Assembly (NCBI GenBank): GCA_965246715.1
Contig: CBDFFH010000004.1
Coordinates: 1 to 13,883, forward strand
DNA: 13,883 nt
Direction: 5' to 3'
Source: Chamaesiphon sp.
GTDB lineage: Bacteria > Cyanobacteriota > Cyanobacteriia > Cyanobacteriales > Chamaesiphonaceae
The notes below the pieces were generated by a model, which was given only the letters and a program-made list of their open reading frames with translations, did not search any database and had not been told where the DNA came from. Below, one piece after another: positions 8,687 through 13,883 of this stretch (its first letter is position 1; each line of letters starts with the position of its first letter). Made by a program: the position numbers and the translations under genes.

Positions 8687-11098
8687 ATGCTTACGATCGA
8701 GCGAGCGATCGATCTGGCTCAAGCACATGAATATCTCCACGAAGAAGCCCTCGCCAACGAACTCGCAGGCAGATTTTATTTGGCTAAAAGCAAACCCAAA
8801 ATCGCTCGCGCCTATTTATTAGATGCACGATATATTTATCTTCGTTGGGGTGCAACTGCAAAAATTAACGATCTCGCTCGACGTTACCCACAATTCTTAG
8901 ATCGTTTACCAGAAAGAATCGCAACTGTTACTAATAGCCAACCTTCCACTTCTACCACCAGCAGTAATGAAACATCCACCCTCGATCTGGCAGCTTTAAT
9001 GAAAGCATCTCAAGCACTTTATGGCGAAATTGTGCTAGATAAATTGTTGAGAAAATTGATGACAATCCTGATGGAAAACTCTGGCGCACAACGCGGCTGC
9101 TTGCTGATCGATCGCCATGATAAGATCCATATTGCAGCAACCGCTGATGTCGAGCAAAGCGGTGAATCGGTGTTACTTACAATTATACTCGACAGCGAAA
9201 CAGCCCAAGATCGAATTGCACTGTCGATCGTCAACTATGTAGCACGAACTCAATCAAATATCGTCATCGATCGAGCCACCCAAGATTTACAGTTTAACCA
9301 AGATCCCTATATTCAAAAACATCAACCCAAATCCATTCTTTGTACCCCCTTAATTTACCAAGGTAAACGATTTGGGATTCTGTATCTAGAAAACAACTTA
9401 ACCCCCGCTGCTTTTACCCCAGAACGATTAGAAATATTGCAATTTCTCTCCACCCAAGCCGCAATTTCCCTCGACAATGCTCAACTCTATCATCAACTAG
9501 AACTACGAGTCCAAGAACGTACCCTAGAACTCACCCAGACAAACGATCGACTTCAAACTGAAATCTTAGAACGCCAACGCTCCGAACAAACCCTCCGGCT
9601 GATTGTGGAGGGCACAGCGGCAGTTACCGGAGCAGACTTCTTTCGATCGCTAGTTCAGACTCTAGCCCAAGCTCTCGGCGTGCGTTACGCCTTCATCAGC
9701 GAGTGCTTAGATGCCCTACCCACCCGCGTTCGCAGCTTTGCCTTTTGGCAGGGAACTGATTTTGGCGAGGAGTTCGAGTACGATTTAGCTGGCACACCTT
9801 GCGAACGAGCGATCGAAAGTGGCGGCTTCAAGTGTTTCCCCGCCCAGATCCAGAGCTTGTTTCCCGCAGAAAAAGCGGAATTTGAGGCAATGGAGGCACA
9901 AAGCTACGCCGGAATTGCCTTACTCAGTTCGACTGGCAACCTCTTGGGGCATTTAGCCATATTAGACGACAAACCGATCGAACTGGAATCCCGGATTCAG
10001 GCAATTCTAGAGATTTTCGCCGCCGCCGAAATGGAACGCCAGCAAGCCGAAGATGCCCTGCGAGTTTCCGAAACCAAATTCGCCACCGCCTTTCGCTCCT
10101 CCCCCGATGCCATCACTATTAGCACCCTCGACGATGGTTGTTACGTCGAAGTCAACGAGAGTTGCTTACAGATGTTGGGCTATCGCCGCGAAGAAATCCT
10201 CGGACGCAGTGCCCTAGAGCTAGGAATTTGGGCACATCCACTCGATCGAGAACACATCAAACAACAGTTACAATCCCAAGGCACAGTCACCAATCGCGAG
10301 ATCGAATTGCGCCGCAAATCGGGTGAGATTTTCCCCGCCCTCTTCTCCGCCGAAGCCATCCAACTAGAAGATGAACCCTGCATCTTATCCATAGCCGCTG
10401 ACATTACCCTCCTCAAACAAGCCGAAAAAGCCTTAGCCAGACTAGCCGAAATTGGCGAACTAGCCGCCACGATCGTCCACGAAGTCCGCAATCCCTTAAC
10501 CACAATTTTAATGGGTTTAAATGCCTTTAAAAAGCTCCAACTAGCCGATCGATTTCAAGAGTATCTAAACTTATCCTTAGACGAAGCCGATCGATTGCAA
10601 CGCTTACTCAGCCAAATCTTACTCTATTCCAAACCCCAAACACTCGATCGATCTCAACTAGAACTCAACACCTTCATCGCCGAAACAGTCAATACCTTAC
10701 AAACCATCCCTGCCGCTTCAGGCAAACATCTAAACTTTACACCCCTTCCCGAACCCATCAATGTTTTCGCAGATAAAGATAAGTTAAAACAAGTAATCAT
10801 TAATTTAGTCACCAATGCCTGCGAAGCCGTAGATCCAGGTGAAGTCATTACTATTAACATTCAAGCAAGTGAGAATCAACGAGTTTGCATTCAAATTCAC
10901 AATGGCGGTACGCCGATTCCTGCCGATGTTTTACCACAGTTAACTAAGCCGTTTTTTACCACTAAAGCAAGTGGTACGGGGTTGGGACTCGCGATCGTTA
11001 AACGGATTGTGGAAGCTCATGGTGGTGAGTTTAGTATTGAGTCGGGGGAGGGAATTGGATCGATCGTTACAGTGAAACTTCCGTTGGTGTTATTCTAG
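8687..11098 (+). CDS. Open distal fragment: GAF-GAF-PAS-HisKA-HATPase; independent expression unproven
   Basis: 803 open codons with H, N (QVIINLVTNACEA), F (PFFTTK) and G2 boxes. The 8687 ATG is in this frame only because of the frameshift; an in-frame ATG at 8999 (MKASQ) sits at the start of the first GAF. Confidence 0.45.
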   Translation: MLTIERAIDLAQAHEYLHEEALANELAGRFYLAKSKPKIARAYLLDARYIYLRWGATAKINDLARRYPQFLDRLPERIATVTNSQPSTSTTSSNETSTLDLAALMKASQALYGEIVLDKLLRKLMTILMENSGAQRGCLLIDRHDKIHIAATADVEQSGESVLLTIILDSETAQDRIALSIVNYVARTQSNIVIDRATQDLQFNQDPYIQKHQPKSILCTPLIYQGKRFGILYLENNLTPAAFTPERLEILQFLSTQAAISLDNAQLYHQLELRVQERTLELTQTNDRLQTEILERQRSEQTLRLIVEGTAAVTGADFFRSLVQTLAQALGVRYAFISECLDALPTRVRSFAFWQGTDFGEEFEYDLAGTPCERAIESGGFKCFPAQIQSLFPAEKAEFEAMEAQSYAGIALLSSTGNLLGHLAILDDKPIELESRIQAILEIFAAAEMERQQAEDALRVSETKFATAFRSSPDAITISTLDDGCYVEVNESCLQMLGYRREEILGRSALELGIWAHPLDREHIKQQLQSQGTVTNREIELRRKSGEIFPALFSAEAIQLEDEPCILSIAADITLLKQAEKALARLAEIGELAATIVHEVRNPLTTILMGLNAFKKLQLADRFQEYLNLSLDEADRLQRLLSQILLYSKPQTLDRSQLELNTFIAETVNTLQTIPAASGKHLNFTPLPEPINVFADKDKLKQVIINLVTNACEAVDPGEVITINIQASENQRVCIQIHNGGTPIPADVLPQLTKPFFTTKASGTGLGLAIVKRIVEAHGGEFSIESGEGIGSIVTVKLPLVLF
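10991..11098 (+). repeat. Kinase 3'-end repeat, copy 1 (resident gene end)
   Basis: GCGATCGTTAAACGGATTGTGGAAGCTCATGGTGG... recurs at 12591 and 13581. Confidence 0.95.
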
Positions 11099-11192
11099 AG
11101 CGATCTATGCAGAAAGTTTCCTTGTCATAAATATTTAAACTACTCTTTGGGTATATTAAATAATAAATCTGTGCTAATGAAGGATATAGCAT

Positions 11193-12167
11193 ATGAAGAT
11201 TACTGCTGACGAGTTTTTTAGTCGCTACGCTGATGGAGAGCGAGATTTTTTCGGAATAAAACTTGTTAATGCTGATTTGAGCAGAGCAAATTGGGCAGAT
11301 CCCAATCCAGTTGGACAAACCATTACTGGTAGCGTCTTAGGCGAAGGTGATTTTAGCGGTACGGACTTTAGAGCGAATGATATGCGAGGCTGTAATTTTA
11401 GTGGTTCTAAGCTAATTGGTTGCCGATTTGACAGAGCTGACTTGACTGGGGGGTGCTTCGATCGTGCAGATTTGACTAACGCTTCTTTTGTTGGAGCTAA
11501 CCTTTCTCGCGCAGAAATGATTGAAGCGAATATTACTGGCGCAGATTTTACAGGAACCGATCTGACTGGTGTAACATTGCCCTCATCTGAAATCAGTGAT
11601 GTTGTTTGGGATGAAAGTGATGCGGTTAAAAGCTGGGTAATTCAAACAATTCAGTACTACCGAAAAATCGACTTTTTCACCCAATACATTGCGTTATCAG
11701 ATGAAGAACTCACAAATACAGTAAAGCATTTGTGTCGGAAAGAAGCACATATTACAGGCGGAAACTTTGATGCTAGAGGTGATTGGGAGGTGATTCGCTA
11801 CGATCGACAGCGAATTATCGAGAAATCCCTTGATGGAATGTACGGCGACGATCCTGGCGAGTACAATTTTGAGGCTTCTCTTGAGACTCTACAAGCGTGG
11901 ATAAATATTTCTCGTGGTACGTTTCAGCCTGAGAATATCAGAAATGTTGACGAGTACTTGGTGGAATTTACACTCAACGACTCTTTTTATACACTGAACC
12001 CTTGGGAAGATCCAAATCAACTTGCTCCACAAATCAATTCTCTAATTGCACAAACAGGTTATCAGTTTGAAGTTTGGAATCTCTATCCAGATTGTTTGAT
12101 TACTGTTCTCACAAGCGAAGAAAAACAGAGGCTCCAATCTGAAAAAAATTGGACTTTTTCAGACTAA
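11193..12167 (+). CDS. Pentapeptide-repeat protein with uncharacterised C-terminal domain
   Basis: Typical cyanobacterial cap (EFFSRYADGERDF), A(D/N)(L/F)xx repeats over about residues 25-130, then a ~190-aa non-repetitive domain; AAGGA upstream of the ATG. Confidence 0.88.
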   Translation: MKITADEFFSRYADGERDFFGIKLVNADLSRANWADPNPVGQTITGSVLGEGDFSGTDFRANDMRGCNFSGSKLIGCRFDRADLTGGCFDRADLTNASFVGANLSRAEMIEANITGADFTGTDLTGVTLPSSEISDVVWDESDAVKSWVIQTIQYYRKIDFFTQYIALSDEELTNTVKHLCRKEAHITGGNFDARGDWEVIRYDRQRIIEKSLDGMYGDDPGEYNFEASLETLQAWINISRGTFQPENIRNVDEYLVEFTLNDSFYTLNPWEDPNQLAPQINSLIAQTGYQFEVWNLYPDCLITVLTSEEKQRLQSEKNWTFSD

Positions 12168-12270
12168 GATATGTAAAGAAGTATTGAATATCGAGTAAAG
12201 TGGGGTGAAGGAGTACTCACTATCTAGGTTTTGTATAATCATAATATTTCGATGCTTATGTAGATCTACT

Positions 12271-12492
12271 TAACCTCAGTTCGGGGTAAGGATATACAAA
12301 CTCAATGATTTCTTGCTCCGCACCAGCACCGCCCTCAAATGAATTTGGGGCTAATAGAAAAAGTCTATTTCAATGGACTCTCTGAAAATCTGGCAGTTCT
12401 CTTTAGAGAACTTTTGCTATTAGCCCGAACTTATAGTTCAGGGCGGTGCAAGAACGGAGCAGATCGATTGTTCCGTTCTCGCACTCAGGTTA
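12271..12492. repeat. Nested palindromic MITE/REPIN-like element (~220 bp)
   Basis: Outer arms TAACCTCAGTTCG / CGCACTCAGGTTA. Inner pairs TGCTCCG/CGGAGCA, GCACCGCCCT/AGGGCGGTGC, GGGCTAATAG/CTATTAGCCC. Internal hairpin AGTTCTCT-TT-AGAGAACT. Confidence 0.75.
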
Positions 12493-12590
12493 CTTACTGA
12501 TTCGGCAGGTTTTGCTTTCTGTAATAATCTCGATCACTCTCGATCTCGTAATTCCACATTGACTCGATCGATTATCCTGACTTGGAATTC

Positions 12591-12683
12591 GCGATCGTCA
12601 AACGGATTGTGGAAGCTCATGGTGGAGAGGGGATTGGCTCGATCTCTAAAGTACAACTGCCAATCGAAGTTATCTCAATCTAG
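12591..12683 (+). pseudogene. Orphan histidine kinase 3' end, copy 2
   Basis: Translates AIVKRIVEAHGGEGIGSISKVQLPIEVISI*; 21-nt internal deletion between GAG triplets relative to copies 1 and 3. Confidence 0.9.
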
Positions 12684-12688
12684 AATAA

Positions 12689-12898
12689 CTACGCAGCTTC
12701 GATATATTCACAAATAGTCGTCGGTTCTGGAATGAGTAAACCTTCTAATTGCAAACCTTCGAGATGAAATGAGATTGCGGATTGGATTTGTGCTGATACT
12801 TCTTCAATAGTTGAACCCGTAGCAATACAGCCAGGTAGATCTGGTACATAAGCCGAATAATTTGTTGGTGTTTTTTCAATAATTGTCGCGTAACGCAT
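12689..12898 (-). CDS. hicB: HicB-family antitoxin (short form, no DNA-binding domain)
   Basis: YATIIEK...YSAYVPDLPGCIATGSTIEE...AISFHLEGL...IPEP; start overlaps the hicA stop (TAATG). Confidence 0.93.
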   Translation of the reverse strand: MRYATIIEKTPTNYSAYVPDLPGCIATGSTIEEVSAQIQSAISFHLEGLQLEGLLIPEPTTICEYIEAA

Positions 12899-13152
12899 TA
12901 ATTTGATTCCTCTGAATTGTCTTCTGCTGTAATTTCTGGTTCCGAGTCAGTTTCTTCGACTTTATTACCTTTGAGTTGTGCCTGTTTTAAAATGCTATTT
13001 GCTGTCCCACTGCCTAGATCGTCCGATAGTTTACCTGCAATTGTCACCAAGCCAGATTTAATCGGATGTTTGTACTGTCGATGACTTCCACGAGTCCGTA
13101 CTAAATACCAACCATCATTTTCAACGATCGAGATTGCTTCTTTAACCTTCAT
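12898..13152 (-). CDS. hicA: HicA-family mRNA interferase toxin with acidic C-terminal tail
   Basis: MKVKE...DGWYLVRTRGSHRQYKHP...GLVTIAG...GTANSILKQA; conserved GSH motif. Confidence 0.93.
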   Translation of the reverse strand: MKVKEAISIVENDGWYLVRTRGSHRQYKHPIKSGLVTIAGKLSDDLGSGTANSILKQAQLKGNKVEETDSEPEITAEDNSEESN

Positions 13153-13162
13153 GTGGCACTCG

Positions 13163-13186
13163 TTGGCGTAGCCTCCGCTTTGCGGA
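13163..13186. mobile_element. 24-nt small dispersed repeat, copy B, in CG^ATCG, 10 bp upstream of the hicA start
   Basis: CG[TTGGCGTAGCCTCCGCTTTGCGGA]ATCG; same architecture as copy A with a compensated second stem. Confidence 0.85.
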
Positions 13187-13204
13187 ATCGATTAACTAGT
13201 TTTT

Positions 13205-13378
13205 TTACTTTTGCTTAATACGGTGCAACTTTTGCTGCCGAATTAGTTCATCAAATTTAGCTATTACTTCTTCCATTTGCAGATCGACTTCCTCAAAACT
13301 TAATCGAGCTTGTCGTAAATTATCGAGCAGTCGGCGATCCACCGATGGATCTGGCATTGTAGGTTGCTTTTTCAGCAT
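13205..13378 (-). CDS. Small hypothetical helical protein, 57 aa (not in ORF track)
   Basis: MLKKQPTMPDPSVDRRLLDNLRQARLSFEEVDLQMEEVIAKFDELIRQQKLHRIKQK*; amphipathic/coiled-coil pattern; co-oriented directly upstream of hicA. Confidence 0.55.
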   Translation of the reverse strand: MLKKQPTMPDPSVDRRLLDNLRQARLSFEEVDLQMEEVIAKFDELIRQQKLHRIKQK

Positions 13379-13473
13379 AAGTTAAACTCTTGAATAATTT
13401 CTTGGTTACTCCGGTTTAAAGCTGGAATTTTTTGTTCTGTACTTTGGGCTGTTTCTAAGCTTAGTGTTGCCAT
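13372..13473 (-). CDS. Possible 33-aa ORF overlapping the 57-aa ORF start, or the 5' part of one frameshifted gene
   Basis: MATLSLETAQSTEQKIPALNRSNQEIIQEFNLC*; stop overlaps the next start (ATGCTGA); -10-like TATGAT/TAGAAT shortly upstream. Confidence 0.3.
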   Translation of the reverse strand: MATLSLETAQSTEQKIPALNRSNQEIIQEFNLC

Positions 13474-13531
13474 GCACGATCAGTCATTCCTATTCTATCA
13501 TACCTGAAATTGATGCGGATTCTCAGACTTG

Positions 13532-13556
13532 TTGGCAGAGTATCTCCTTCAGGAGA
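13532..13556. mobile_element. 25-nt small dispersed repeat, degenerate copy C
   Basis: TG[TTGGCAGAGTATCTCCTTCAGGAGA]ATCG; the homologous empty site GACTCGATCGATTATCCTGA is at 12561-12580. Confidence 0.75.
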
Positions 13557-13580
13557 ATCGATTCTCCTGAACTACAATTT

Positions 13581-13721
13581 GCGATCGTTAAACGAATTGT
13601 GGAAGCTCATGGTGGGGAGTTTAGGATTGAGTCGGGGGAGGGGATTGGCTCGATCGTCAAGGTGAAAATCCCGATCGAGTTGGCAGAACTGACACTACGC
13701 GATCGAAATAGCTTGTTCTAG
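13581..13721 (+). pseudogene. Orphan histidine kinase 3' end, copy 3
   Basis: Translates AIVKRIVEAHGGEFRIESGEGIGSIVKVKIPIELAELTLRDRNSLF*; differences from copy 1 in the shared core are largely synonymous. Confidence 0.92.
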
Positions 13722-13723
13722 TT

Positions 13724-13841
13724 GGGAGCATCCCACTTTTTAAAATTCTCAAAGAGAAAATAGGCACGATCGCTGAATAGCCTGATTACTGGTTCTTGAT
13801 ACTTTATTCTACAAACAATTAATAAAAAGTGGGATGCTCCC
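13724..13841. mobile_element. 118-bp MITE with perfect 19-bp TIRs and 9-bp target-site duplication
   Basis: GGGAGCATCCCACTTTTTA (13724-13742) / TAAAAAGTGGGATGCTCCC (13823-13841), flanked by GTTCTAGTT at 13715-13723 and 13842-13850; no coding capacity. Confidence 0.93.
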
Positions 13842-13883
13842 GTTCTAGTTCCAGTATTGAGATGGCGATATAATGTATATATC

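Larger units (their letters stand above)
6002..11098 (+). pseudogene. Ser/Thr kinase-AAA ATPase-GAF-GAF-PAS-histidine kinase hybrid sensor, disrupted
   Basis: Kinase N-lobe (YQAIEKLYES...VILKML...IVLEDFGG); Walker A GYSGIGKT; Walker B IFLDDLQWAD; GNPFF; FLHDRIQQAAY; GAF (ILYLENN); PAS; H-box IVHEVRNPL; G2 GTGLGL. Lesions: frameshifting deletion ~6320, probable in-frame deletion ~8015, in-frame TAA 8182-8184, 4-nt duplication ~8698-8707. Confidence 0.9.

Noticed and set aside
8182..8707. Programmed readthrough or frameshifting restoring the hybrid kinase
   Set aside because: No slippery sequence is evident, and the accompanying deletion of the kinase catalytic core indicates decay.
6343..8730. 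613-aa AAA ORF and 180-aa ORF as independent genes
   Set aside because: Same frame separated by one TAA; both are internal parts of the hybrid kinase.
2447..11318. Remaining short ORFs overlapping the DoxX, ndh, DMT and kinase genes (e.g. 2447..2698, 3568..4279, 4942..5824, 8318..8740, 10180..10503, 11067..11318)
   Set aside because: Alternate-frame or antisense overlaps of well-supported genes with no motifs.
11265..11580. Periodic GCNGATTT-like nucleotide repeats
   Set aside because: Explained by pentapeptide-repeat coding; not a DNA-level array.
13464..13721. 85-aa ORF as a real gene
   Set aside because: A chimera of intergenic DNA, micro-element C and the orphan kinase 3' end; no H or N box.
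10991..13721. CRISPR array or DGR template/variable repeat explanation for the three repeats
   Set aside because: Spacing is ~1-1.6 kb with genes between; differences are not adenine-specific; no cas or reverse transcriptase gene in the window.

Overview
Cyanobacterial accessory region, judged from very dense CGATCG/HIP1-type sites (Chamaesiphon-like; taxon is inference). Left to right: a frameshifted GMC oxidoreductase pseudogene, an intact IS630, DoxX and type II NADH dehydrogenase-like genes (all minus strand), an EamA/DMT transporter, and a decaying Ser/Thr kinase-AAA-GAF-GAF-PAS-histidine kinase gene. The last ~90-140 bp of that kinase gene recur twice downstream (12591, 13581). Each copy starts at GCGATCG and brackets different cargo (a pentapeptide-repeat gene; hicAB plus small ORFs), resembling a cassette array built by serial integration into the kinase 3' end. 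The window also holds three copies of a 24-25 nt two-hairpin element inserted at CG^ATCG (one frameshifts the GMC gene; one has its empty site in the window), a 118-bp MITE with a 9-bp target duplication, and REP/REPIN-like palindromes.
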